DNA of 48,138 bases, taken from NCBI GenBank assembly GCA_024641605.1, contig JAHECT010000001.1, positions 1 to 48,138 of the forward strand. Reading direction: 5' to 3'. This stretch comes from Micrococcales bacterium. GTDB lineage: Bacteria > Actinomycetota > Actinomycetes > S36-B12 > CAIYMF01. The translations under genes were made by a program, and so were the position numbers. A model generated the notes under the pieces. That model had not been told where the DNA came from. It did not search any database and was given only the letters and a program-made list of their open reading frames with translations. Below, in pieces: positions 35,441 through 44,122 of this stretch (positions within the stretch are counted from its first letter, which is position 1; every line of letters begins with the position of its first letter).

Positions 35441-35653
35441 GTGGCCGAGCTCGGCAAAGGTCGACGGGTCTCGGGCGGTGAGCGCGAGCGACTGGCGGCG
35501 GACCTGAAGAAGAAGTACCTCGCAGGCGCCAGCATCCGTGCGCTCGCCGAGCAGACGGGCCGGTCCTACGGGTTCGTCCACCGCATCCTCAGCGAGAACG
35601 GCACGGTGCTCCGCGGCCGTGGGGGCGCCACGCGCGGGAAGGCGAAGTCCTGA
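35441..35653 (+). CDS. gbn: Small HTH nucleoid-associated protein, Gbn (SCO1839)-like
   Basis: 70 aa basic protein with LAADLKKKY..GASIRALAE.TGRSYGFVHRIL...LRGRGGATR; AGGAGG RBS before GTG 35441; lies between ABC-F and crotonase genes. The Gbn name is from my recall of the Streptomyces protein and its synteny. Confidence 0.85.
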   Translation: MAELGKGRRVSGGERERLAADLKKKYLAGASIRALAEQTGRSYGFVHRILSENGTVLRGRGGATRGKAKS

Positions 35654-35661
35654 GCTCTCCC

Positions 35662-36453
35662 GTGCCCGACGAGGTGCTCGACTCGGGCGGGCTGCGCGTG
35701 TCCTGGACCGGCCCCGGCGCCGAACCGATCGTCACGGTCACGCTCGATCGACCGGCGACGCGCAACGCGCAGACCCCGGCGACGTGGCGCGCTCTGGCCG
35801 CCGTCGGTGCCGCCGTCCCGCCCTCGACCCGCGCGGTGGTCGTGCGGAGCGAGGGACCGGTCTTCTCGTCGGGGATCGACCTGCGCGTGTTCTCGCCCGA
35901 AGGGATCGACGACGATCGCGTGCTGGCCCGCATCGCGGCCCTCGACGACGACGATGCCGCCGACCTCATCGCGGAGTTCCAGGCCGGGTTCTCCTGGCTG
36001 CACGACATCGACGTGCCCACCGTGGCGGTGGTGCAGGGTGCCGCCGTCGGCGCCGGGTTCCAGCTCGCGCTCGCCTGCGACCTGCGGGTCGCCGCATCGG
36101 CCGCGCGGTTCGCGATGCGCGAGACCTCGCTGGGGCTCGTCCCGGACCTGACCGGGACTCATCCCCTCGTCGATGCCGTCGGGTTCTCCCGTGCTCTCGA
36201 GCTGTGCGTGACGGGGCGATGGGTGGGGGCCGACGAGGCTCTCCGGCTCGGGCTCGTCGCGTCCGTGACCGACCCGGGCGACCTCGAGGTGGTGGTGGAC
36301 GACCTGCTCGAGTCGCTGCTGTCCGCTCCCGGACCCGCGGTCGCGGCGACCAAGCGGGTGCTGCGACACGCGCTGTCCGCCGGTGTCCACGAGCAGCGCC
36401 GCATGGAGCGTGAGACCCAGGTCCGGCTCATCCGGGACCTCATGTCAGGCTGA
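35662..36453 (+). CDS. Enoyl-CoA hydratase/isomerase family protein
   Basis: VTLDRP..RNA, FSSGIDL, PTVAVVQG.AVGAG.QLALACD and ETSLGLVPD. Confidence 0.92.
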   Translation: MPDEVLDSGGLRVSWTGPGAEPIVTVTLDRPATRNAQTPATWRALAAVGAAVPPSTRAVVVRSEGPVFSSGIDLRVFSPEGIDDDRVLARIAALDDDDAADLIAEFQAGFSWLHDIDVPTVAVVQGAAVGAGFQLALACDLRVAASAARFAMRETSLGLVPDLTGTHPLVDAVGFSRALELCVTGRWVGADEALRLGLVASVTDPGDLEVVVDDLLESLLSAPGPAVAATKRVLRHALSAGVHEQRRMERETQVRLIRDLMSG

Positions 36454-36517
36454 GCGGGAAGGAACCCGTTGCGGGCACGGTTGTAGCCTCCGTCCACCTA
36501 GACAGGGGAGTTGCCAC

Positions 36518-38401
36518 GTGTCCATGCCCGGCCCGCACATGATGATGCGGTCCTTCAGCAGCGACGACTCGGTCAAGCACGCCAGCCTCGCCCCGGGGAC
36601 CGTCCCGCGGATCCTGGGCTATGCGCGTCCCTACCGCACGCTCGTGATCGGCTTCCTGATCACCCTCGTGATCGACGCGGCCCTGGTGGTCGCCCAGCCC
36701 CTGCTGATCCAGCGCCTCATCGACGACGGGGTCAGCGTCGGCGACAGCGCCGTGGTCACGCAGACCGCCGTGCTCATCGGGCTGCTCGCCGTCGCCGCCG
36801 CCGGGCTGACCCTGGTCGCGCGCTGGTACTCAGCACGGATCGGCGAAGGGCTCATCTTCGACCTGCGCACGCAGGTGTTCGACCACGTGCAGCGCATGCC
36901 GATCGCCTTCTTCACCCGCGCCCAGACCGGCGCCCTGGTCTCGCGGCTCAACACCGACGTCATCGGCGCGCAGCAGGCGTTCACGTCGACCCTGTCCGGC
37001 GTGGTCGGCAACGTGATCGGGCTCGTGGCGGTCATCGTGGCCATGCTCACCCTGTCCTGGCAGATCACCCTGCTCTCGCTCGTTCTGCTCCCGATCTTCC
37101 TCGTGCCCGCCCGGTGGATGGGCCGGGCGCTGCAGACGATGACGCGCGAGCAGATGTCGCTCAACGCCGAGATGTCCACGCAGATGACCGAGCGTTTCAA
37201 CGTCGCGGGCGCGCTCCTCGTCAAGCTGTTCGGGCGCCCGACCGAGGAGGCGGACGAGTTCGCCGCGCGGGCGTCGCGCGTACGGGACACCGGCGTGAAG
37301 ATCGCGATGGCGAACCGGGTCTTCTTCGCCGCCCTCACACTCGTCGCGGCGCTGGCCACCGCGATCGTCTACGGCGTCGGTGGCAACCTGGTCATCACCG
37401 GGGTCCTGACCTTGGGCACCCTGCTCGCGCTGGCAGCCCTGCTCGCCCGTCTCTACGGGCCCCTCACCGCGCTGTCCAACGTCCGGGTCGACGTCATGAC
37501 CGCCCTCGTGAGCTTCGAGCGCGTGTTCGAGGTCCTGGACCTCCCGCCGATGGTCGCCGAGGCACCGGACGCCCGGCCGTTGCCCACCGGCCCGGCGACG
37601 GTCGAGTTCCGGGACGTGCGGTTCCGGTACCCGTCGGCCGACGAGGTCTCGCTCGCGTCCCTGGAGAGCATCGCCCGCCCCGAGGCGTCGCCGGTCCGCG
37701 ACGAGGTCCTCCGTGGCGTGTCCTTCCACGCCCGCCCCGGAGAGATGGTGGCCCTCGTGGGTCCCTCCGGCGCCGGCAAGACCACGATCACGGCCCTCGT
37801 GTCGCGCCTCTACGACCCCACGGACGGCGCCGTCCTGGTGGACGGTGTGGACGTGCGCGACGCGACGCTGTCGAGCCTGCACGCCCTCGTGGGTGTCGTC
37901 ACGCAGGACGCGCACATGTTCCACGACACCATCCGGGCCAACCTGCGCTACGCGCGCCCCGACGCGACCGACGAGGACGTCCGGGCCGCCCTGCGTGACG
38001 CCCAGGTGCTCGACCTCGTCGACGCCCTGCCCGACGGCCTGGACACCGTGGTGGGGGATCGTGGCTACCGGCTCTCCGGCGGGGAGAAGCAGCGGATGGC
38101 GATCGCCCGGCTGCTCCTCAAGGCTCCCGCGGTGGTGGTCCTCGACGAGGCCACGGCACACCTGGACTCCGAGTCCGAGGCGGCTGTGCAGCGCGCCCTG
38201 AGCACCGCGCTGCAGGGACGTACGTCGCTCGTGATCGCGCACCGGCTCTCCACGATCCGTGAGGCCGACACGATCCTCGTGGTCGAGGACGGGCGGATCG
38301 TGCAGCAGGGACGGCACGAGGATCTGCTCGCCTCCGGCGGGCTCTACGCCGACCTCTACCGCACCCAGTTCGCCCCCCAGGCCGCCGACGCGCTCGGCTG
38401 A
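36518..38401 (+). CDS. ABC exporter, fused permease-ATPase (multidrug/lipid flippase type)
   Basis: N-terminal TM domain, then GPSGAGKTT, LSGGEKQR, LDEATAHLD and IAHRLST; GTG start chosen from the AGGGGAG RBS. Confidence 0.93.
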   Translation: MSMPGPHMMMRSFSSDDSVKHASLAPGTVPRILGYARPYRTLVIGFLITLVIDAALVVAQPLLIQRLIDDGVSVGDSAVVTQTAVLIGLLAVAAAGLTLVARWYSARIGEGLIFDLRTQVFDHVQRMPIAFFTRAQTGALVSRLNTDVIGAQQAFTSTLSGVVGNVIGLVAVIVAMLTLSWQITLLSLVLLPIFLVPARWMGRALQTMTREQMSLNAEMSTQMTERFNVAGALLVKLFGRPTEEADEFAARASRVRDTGVKIAMANRVFFAALTLVAALATAIVYGVGGNLVITGVLTLGTLLALAALLARLYGPLTALSNVRVDVMTALVSFERVFEVLDLPPMVAEAPDARPLPTGPATVEFRDVRFRYPSADEVSLASLESIARPEASPVRDEVLRGVSFHARPGEMVALVGPSGAGKTTITALVSRLYDPTDGAVLVDGVDVRDATLSSLHALVGVVTQDAHMFHDTIRANLRYARPDATDEDVRAALRDAQVLDLVDALPDGLDTVVGDRGYRLSGGEKQRMAIARLLLKAPAVVVLDEATAHLDSESEAAVQRALSTALQGRTSLVIAHRLSTIREADTILVVEDGRIVQQGRHEDLLASGGLYADLYRTQFAPQAADALG

Positions 38402-38421
38402 GGACGCGGTCGCGCGCGTCG

Positions 38422-39204
38422 TCACACGCTGCGGAGCATGCCTCCGTCGAGGGGCAGCGCCGTACCGGTGACGTAGGACGCCGCGGGGGAGACCAGGAAG
38501 GCGGCAGCGCGGCCCAGCTCGGCCGGCTCGCCGTAGCGGCCGAGCGGGATCCCCGCCTCGTGCCGGCGACGCACCAGGTCGGGCGCCCCCACCCGGGCGT
38601 CCAGCGCGAAGGTGCGATCGGTCGCGAGCCGACCGGGCAGCACGGCGTTGACCCGGATCCCGAGCGGTCCCAGCTCGTCGGAGAGGTCCTTGACCAGGCC
38701 GGCCAGGGCCGGGCGCAGCGCGTTGCTGAGCGCCAGTCCCGCGACCGGCTCACGGACGCTGGTCGACAGGATCAGCAGGATGGCGCCACCGGTCCCGGCC
38801 AGACCCTCCGGGTCACTGGTCATGGCGCTCGCGGTGGCGCGGGCCACCCGCAGCGCGCCCAGGAAGACCGACTCGAACGCCTGCCGCCAGGCGTCGTCGT
38901 CGATCTCCATGGGAGTCCCCGGCGGCGGCCCGCCGACGCTGATGACGGCGCCGTCGAGACGGCCGAACCGTGCGACGGCGGCCGCGATGACGCGCTCGGG
39001 GGTGGTCGGGTCCGCCAGGTCTCCGGGGATGCCCACGGCCGACTGGGCGCCCAGCGACTCCACGGCCTGCGCCAGCACGGCCTCGTCACGGGCGCAGAGG
39101 ACGACGCGCGCACCCTCGCCCACGAGAGCGGTGGCGGTGGCGAGCCCCAGCCCGCGCGACCCACCCGTGACGACGAAGACGCGATCGCTCAGACCCAGAT
39201 CCAT
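38422..39204 (-). CDS. SDR family oxidoreductase (atypical active site)
   Basis: TGGSRGLG, SNALR in place of YxxxK, IRVNAVLPG, PLGRYG and DGG. Confidence 0.9.
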   Translation of the reverse strand: MDLGLSDRVFVVTGGSRGLGLATATALVGEGARVVLCARDEAVLAQAVESLGAQSAVGIPGDLADPTTPERVIAAAVARFGRLDGAVISVGGPPPGTPMEIDDDAWRQAFESVFLGALRVARATASAMTSDPEGLAGTGGAILLILSTSVREPVAGLALSNALRPALAGLVKDLSDELGPLGIRVNAVLPGRLATDRTFALDARVGAPDLVRRRHEAGIPLGRYGEPAELGRAAAFLVSPAASYVTGTALPLDGGMLRSV

Positions 39205-39240
39205 GCTCCGATGGTCGCATCCGCGGCCCGTCGTGCCGCG

Positions 39241-40023
39241 TTACGCCACGTCGGATGACTCCGTCCGCGCCATGTCCGTCGCCTGGTCGGCGTACTCCTG
39301 CTCGCGTCGCACCAGGATGACGAACCCGGACACCGCGACGGCCGCGAAGAAGACCCACTGGACCGCGTAGGAGAGATGGGGACCCTCGTTCAGATCGGGC
39401 AGCGGCAGCTGTCGGAGACCGGGTGCCTGCTCCGGCGTCGAGGACACGAGGTCCACGTACCCCGGGAAGGTCGCCTCCGCGTTCGACACCAGCGGCACCG
39501 CGAGGTCGCTCACCTGTCCGGTCGGCAGGTCCGCCGGCTGGGGGATCGGCGCCTCCTGGGAGGGCTGCAACCGGCCCAGCACCTCGACGACCCCGGACGG
39601 AGCGGGCGGCACGGACGGAGTCGCCTCCGCGCCACCGGAGGCGGCCACCCAGCCCCGGTTGACGACCAGCACGGCTCCGGACGAGGTCACGAGCGGGGTC
39701 GCCACCCAGAAGCCGTTGGACCCCTCGAGCGGTCGCTTGCGCACGAGCACCTGCCCGGCCTGGTCGTAGCGCCCCGTGGCCCTCACCGGCCGCCACCTGT
39801 CGGCCTGGGTCACCGACGCGAGATCCGCGCCCGGCGTCATGAGGGCCTCGACCGGGACGGCGGGAGCCGAGGAGTTGGTCGCGATCAGGTCGTTCGTGGC
39901 CCTGCGCTCGTCCAGGCGGGACAGCTGCCACCGCGACAGCAGGAAGAAGCTGGGCACCACGATGAGCACGAGGAAGCCGAGCGCCAGCCACCGGGGCTGA
40001 CGGAGGAACCGGTACCTGCTCAC
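39241..40023 (-). CDS. SURF1 family cytochrome c oxidase biogenesis protein
   Basis: N-terminal TM plus WQL.R, TPL, VNRGWV, GPHLSYAVQW and a C-terminal TM. Confidence 0.93.
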   Translation of the reverse strand: MSRYRFLRQPRWLALGFLVLIVVPSFFLLSRWQLSRLDERRATNDLIATNSSAPAVPVEALMTPGADLASVTQADRWRPVRATGRYDQAGQVLVRKRPLEGSNGFWVATPLVTSSGAVLVVNRGWVAASGGAEATPSVPPAPSGVVEVLGRLQPSQEAPIPQPADLPTGQVSDLAVPLVSNAEATFPGYVDLVSSTPEQAPGLRQLPLPDLNEGPHLSYAVQWVFFAAVAVSGFVILVRREQEYADQATDMARTESSDVA

Positions 40024-40042
40024 GCGACGAGGGTAGGCGCCC

Positions 40043-40351
40043 TCAGGCCGGGGGCTTCTCGGCGCCCCCGCTGAGCGCCCGTCGCCCGGGTCGCAGCGCC
40101 ACGACGGTCACGTCGCCGCGGTCGGACCGCTCGCGTCCGGCGTTGGCGGCCACGACGGCGAAGTACGGGAGGATGACGGCGCCCACGACGAGGATCCAGC
40201 GCCAGGGGGACGGTGCCAGCACGGCGCCGACCAGGCAGGCTGTGCGGATCCCCATCGAGACGAGGTAGCGCCGCGTGCGGCCCGCCTGCTCCTCGGACAG
40301 CGGGACCTCCGCATCGGTGATGCGGTGGACCTCCGGGTCGCGATCGGGCAC
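40043..40351 (-). CDS. DUF3099 family membrane protein
   Basis: ITDA...R.RRYLVSMGIRTAC...LPYFAVV.AN, two TM segments; usual neighbour of SURF1. Confidence 0.88.
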   Translation of the reverse strand: MPDRDPEVHRITDAEVPLSEEQAGRTRRYLVSMGIRTACLVGAVLAPSPWRWILVVGAVILPYFAVVAANAGRERSDRGDVTVVALRPGRRALSGGAEKPPA

Positions 40352-40428
40352 CGCACCACCGTACGTCGATCCGGCCGGGACGGCACGGGGGAGGGCGCCC
40401 GCCCTGGCGCATGCGACAGGATGGGCGC

Positions 40429-40641
40429 ATGAGCAACCGCACCTACCGTGTGACCGAGATCGTCGGCACCTCGCCCGAGGGCGTCGACCAGGCCATCAGC
40501 AACGGCATCAAGCGCGCGTCCGAGACGCTGCGGCACCTCGACTGGTTCGAGGTGACCGAGGTCCGCGGCCAGATCCGCGACGGCCAGGTCGAGCACTTCC
40601 AGGTCGGGATGAAGGTGGGATTCCGGCTCGAGGACGCGTGA
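40429..40641 (+). CDS. Dodecin (flavin-binding protein)
   Basis: 70 aa: TYRVTEIVGTS...AI..AS.TLR.LDWFEV.E.RG...FQV..KVGF; CAGGAT lies 6 nt upstream of the ATG. Confidence 0.95.
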   Translation: MSNRTYRVTEIVGTSPEGVDQAISNGIKRASETLRHLDWFEVTEVRGQIRDGQVEHFQVGMKVGFRLEDA

Positions 40642-41210
40642 CCCGCGCCCCCGGACCCGGAGCCGGCGTGCGCGAGGTGCTCGTCACCGAGCTCGAGCTG
40701 ACCTCGCCCGACCAGCTGCGGCCCACCCCTCCGCCCCCGCGTGCGCCGGACCTGGTGCGCGCCGAGAGCCCGGCGCCGGAGCTGTCCCGCTTCTTCTACC
40801 GGGCCGTGGGCGGCGACTGGTACTGGCTCGACCGCCTCGACTGGACGCTGGCGCAGTGGGACGAGTGGGTCCGGCTGCCGGGGCACGCGCTGTGGACCTG
40901 CTGGCTCGACGGCGCGCCGGTCGGCTACGTCGAGCTGCAGCCCGACGCCCCCGGCTCGGTCGAGATCGCCTACTTCGGGCTGCTGCCGGCATACGTCGGT
41001 CGCGGCCTGGGCGGGTGGCTGCTCACGCAGGCCGTCGAACGTGCCTGGGGAGTGCCCGGCACGACGCGCGTCTGGCTGCACACGTGCGAGCTGGACTCAC
41101 CCGCGGCCCTGCCGAACTACCGCGCCCGCGGCTTCGTCCCGTGCGGGACATCGGTGGAGTACTGGGACACCAGCGACCCTTCGCCGGGTCCCTGGCGCGG
41201 AGCCCGCTGA
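40638..41210 (+). CDS. GNAT family N-acetyltransferase
   Basis: EIAYFGLLP..VGRGLGG acetyl-CoA loop, VWLHTC.LD.P.ALPNY..RGF; GTGA overlap with dodecin (alternative start 40668). Confidence 0.9.
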   Translation: MTRAPGPGAGVREVLVTELELTSPDQLRPTPPPPRAPDLVRAESPAPELSRFFYRAVGGDWYWLDRLDWTLAQWDEWVRLPGHALWTCWLDGAPVGYVELQPDAPGSVEIAYFGLLPAYVGRGLGGWLLTQAVERAWGVPGTTRVWLHTCELDSPAALPNYRARGFVPCGTSVEYWDTSDPSPGPWRGAR

Positions 41211-41213
41211 GCC

Positions 41214-42596
41214 TCAGCTCGCCTGCGACACCGTGGAGAAGTTGTAGTCCCGCACGACGATCGGCGGCATGACGGCTCGCGGGAAGTAGTCGGCCATCTC
41301 ACGGGCCAGCGTCGGTTCCGGGTCCCCGGCGTCCTGGACCCGGCGGAGGAGATCGACCGGGGAGTCGTTGAACCGGAAGTTCGACGCCGCACCCACGACC
41401 TCGCCACCGCGGACGACGTAGACGCCGTCCCGGGTGAGACCCGTCAGGAGGAGGGTCTGGGGGTCGACCACCCGGTTGTACCAGAGGCACGTGACGAGCA
41501 GCGCGTCGTCGGTGCGGGCGATCACGTCCTCCAGGCTCCCGGCCCCGCCCTCGACCTCGAGGACGAGGTTGTCGACCATCGGCTGGTGGGGCAGGCCCGC
41601 CTCGGCTGCCGTGCGCCGCGTGCTGACCAGCCCGGTGAGCGCCCCACGATCGATCCAGCGGACCGGTCCGAGCGGGAGCCCGTTGTCGAAGACGCTGAAG
41701 TAGGCCGACGACGCGGTCGCCGTCACGAACGGGACCGTCTCCAGCCCCGGCCAGCGAGGGTCGCTGAGGAGGGTGACGCGCGGGTCCGCGACCTGCTCGG
41801 AGAGCCGGGTGCCGTCCGGGGCGGACCACACGCTCTGCCCCTGCGCGGCGTCCCGGGCCGCCGAGCTCCAGTAGAGGTCGATCATGAGATCGGCCACGGC
41901 GCTGGGCGTGAGGAGCGCGGGATGGCGACCGGGCTCCACGTCGAGGCGGTGCGCCTGCCAGGCCAGGCCGCGCCGCAGCTCGGCGTCCATCGCGTCGAGC
42001 TCGGTCCCCAGGAACCGCGTGCCCGAGCGGCCGGTCCAGGCCGAGCGCGACCGCCCGTGGCTCTTGGCCGTCTGCTCGAGCCGGGACGTCGGCTCGGCGA
42101 ACCGCAGCCGCGTGCCTGAGCTGGTCCCGAGGTAGACGGTCGGGGTGGACAGCTCGGCGTAGCCGAAGAGCTCGATCCCGTCGGCGGTCGCAGCGGCGAA
42201 GGTCTCCCCGAGCCTGGGCGCGAGGACCGCGAGGTCGGCGCTCGTCGACCGGGCGGGCTCGTCGGCCCAGTCCGCCGACGCGTCGATCCCCGCCGCGAGC
42301 TCGGCCGCGTCGTCGGCAGGACCTTCGCGGCGTGCTGCCTCCTCGGCGGCCCGGACCAGGTCCGGCACCTGCTCGAGGCTCACCGAGTTGGCCGTCACCG
42401 AGCCCGCGGCGAGTCCTCCGTCGACCTCCACGATCGCGACGACGCCGAGGCTGAGCCCGGTCGTCTCCCCGTTCGTCGTGAGCGTGGACCGAGCCCACCG
42501 GAGGTTGACCACGGACTCGTGCCGGGCGAGCACAACGCAGGCTCGGGACCGGGAGGCGGACAGCCCCGCCTCGACGAGGTCCTGCGGGCGCGTCAT
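41214..42596 (-). CDS. TldE/PmbA-like partner of the TldD metalloprotease
   Basis: NLRWA....TTNG and LLTGLTRDGVY...NFRFNDSP; no HExxxH; coupled to tldD. Confidence 0.88.
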   Translation of the reverse strand: MTRPQDLVEAGLSASRSRACVVLARHESVVNLRWARSTLTTNGETTGLSLGVVAIVEVDGGLAAGSVTANSVSLEQVPDLVRAAEEAARREGPADDAAELAAGIDASADWADEPARSTSADLAVLAPRLGETFAAATADGIELFGYAELSTPTVYLGTSSGTRLRFAEPTSRLEQTAKSHGRSRSAWTGRSGTRFLGTELDAMDAELRRGLAWQAHRLDVEPGRHPALLTPSAVADLMIDLYWSSAARDAAQGQSVWSAPDGTRLSEQVADPRVTLLSDPRWPGLETVPFVTATASSAYFSVFDNGLPLGPVRWIDRGALTGLVSTRRTAAEAGLPHQPMVDNLVLEVEGGAGSLEDVIARTDDALLVTCLWYNRVVDPQTLLLTGLTRDGVYVVRGGEVVGAASNFRFNDSPVDLLRRVQDAGDPEPTLAREMADYFPRAVMPPIVVRDYNFSTVSQAS

Positions 42597-44122
42597 CGGC
42601 CGGCCTCCTGCACGCTGTTGAGCACGTTGACGGACTCGAACACGGCGGTCGGGCAGCCGTGGGAGACCGCGGCGACCTGCCCGGGCTGGCCCTTTCCGCA
42701 GTTGACCGCGCCGGCGAGCAGGTAGGTCTGCGGTCCGCCCACGGCGCGCATGGAACCCCAGAAGTCCGTCGTCGTCGCCTGGTAGGCGACGTCCTTGACC
42801 TGTCCTGCGAGCTCTCCGGACCGGATGCGGTGGAAGCGCTGGCCGGTGAACTGGAAGTTGAACCGCTGCATGTCGATGGACCAGGACTTGTCTCCGACGA
42901 TGTAGATCCCGTCCTCCACCCCGGCGATCAGGGAGGCGGTGTCGGGTCCGTCGGCAGCGGGTTGCAGGGACACGTTGGGCATCCGTTGGATGGCGGTGTG
43001 CCGGGCGCTGTCCGCGTAGGCGCAGCCGTTGCTACGAGGGTGGCCGAACTCGGCGGCCATGGAGCGGTCGAGCTGGTAGCCGACGAGCACGCCGCCGCGG
43101 ATGAGGTCCCAGCTCTGCGCGCCCACACCTTCGTCGTCCCACCCCACCGTGGACAGTCCGTGCTCGGCCACGCGATCGCCGGTGACGTTCATGATCGGGC
43201 TGCCGTACACGAGGGAACCGAGCCGATCCGGCGTGGCGAACGAGGTCCCTGCGTAGTTGGCCTCATAGCCGAGGGCCCGGTCGAGCTCGGTGGCGTGCCC
43301 GATCGACTCGTGGATCGTCAGCCAGAGGTTCGTCGGGTCGATGACGAGGTCGTAACGACCAGGCTCCACGGACGGTGCGGCCATCTTCTCGGCGAGCAGT
43401 GTGGGCAGCTCCGCGAGCTCGGCATCCCAGTCCCAGGCGCGGGCACCGCCCACGTCGACGGCGGTGCCGGCGATGTACTCCCACCCCCGGCCCACCGGGG
43501 GAGCGGTGGTCGTCATCGTGTCGAACGCACCGGTCGTCTCGTCGATCGCGACCGCCGTGATCTCGCTGTGCAGCCGGACCCGCTGCTGGGTCGTGCGCGT
43601 CCCGGCCAGGTCCGCGAAGTAGGTCCGCTCCTTGAACGCCTCGAGGTGAGCGTCGACGTGGGCGACCCCCTCCTGAGCCAGGAGCAGGTCGCACCGACCG
43701 GCGAGCAGGTCGAGCCGCTCGGTCTCGCCCACCGCGAACGGGTCGATGTCGTAGCCGGACACCCAGGTCCCCACGTGGACCGGCTCGTCCGCCAGGTCGA
43801 CCCGGCTCGTCGTCAGGGGCGCGCTCACGCGGGCGAGCTCGACGGCACGCTCCGCGACGAGGCGGGCGGAATCCGGCGTGACGATGTCGCTGGACGCGAA
43901 GCCCCAGCACCCGTCGACGACCACGCGGACCGACAGGCCACGGTCGTCGTCCTGGAGCGACCCGTCGAGGCGGGCGTCCCGCAGCCGCAGGGACAGCGAG
44001 CGCAGCGACACGATCCGCATCTGTGCGTGCTGCGCACCGAGGTCCCGCGCACGGCTCAGCGCGGCATCGGCGCAGCGGTCGAGGGGGAGAGCGACGAAGT
44101 CCGGGTCGACGTCGTGGGTCAC
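42593..44122 (-). CDS. tldD: TldD family metalloprotease
   Basis: HESIGH zinc motif, DDEG, RMPN and C-terminal NCGKGQPGQ. Confidence 0.93.
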   Translation of the reverse strand: MTHDVDPDFVALPLDRCADAALSRARDLGAQHAQMRIVSLRSLSLRLRDARLDGSLQDDDRGLSVRVVVDGCWGFASSDIVTPDSARLVAERAVELARVSAPLTTSRVDLADEPVHVGTWVSGYDIDPFAVGETERLDLLAGRCDLLLAQEGVAHVDAHLEAFKERTYFADLAGTRTTQQRVRLHSEITAVAIDETTGAFDTMTTTAPPVGRGWEYIAGTAVDVGGARAWDWDAELAELPTLLAEKMAAPSVEPGRYDLVIDPTNLWLTIHESIGHATELDRALGYEANYAGTSFATPDRLGSLVYGSPIMNVTGDRVAEHGLSTVGWDDEGVGAQSWDLIRGGVLVGYQLDRSMAAEFGHPRSNGCAYADSARHTAIQRMPNVSLQPAADGPDTASLIAGVEDGIYIVGDKSWSIDMQRFNFQFTGQRFHRIRSGELAGQVKDVAYQATTTDFWGSMRAVGGPQTYLLAGAVNCGKGQPGQVAAVSHGCPTAVFESVNVLNSVQEAGR

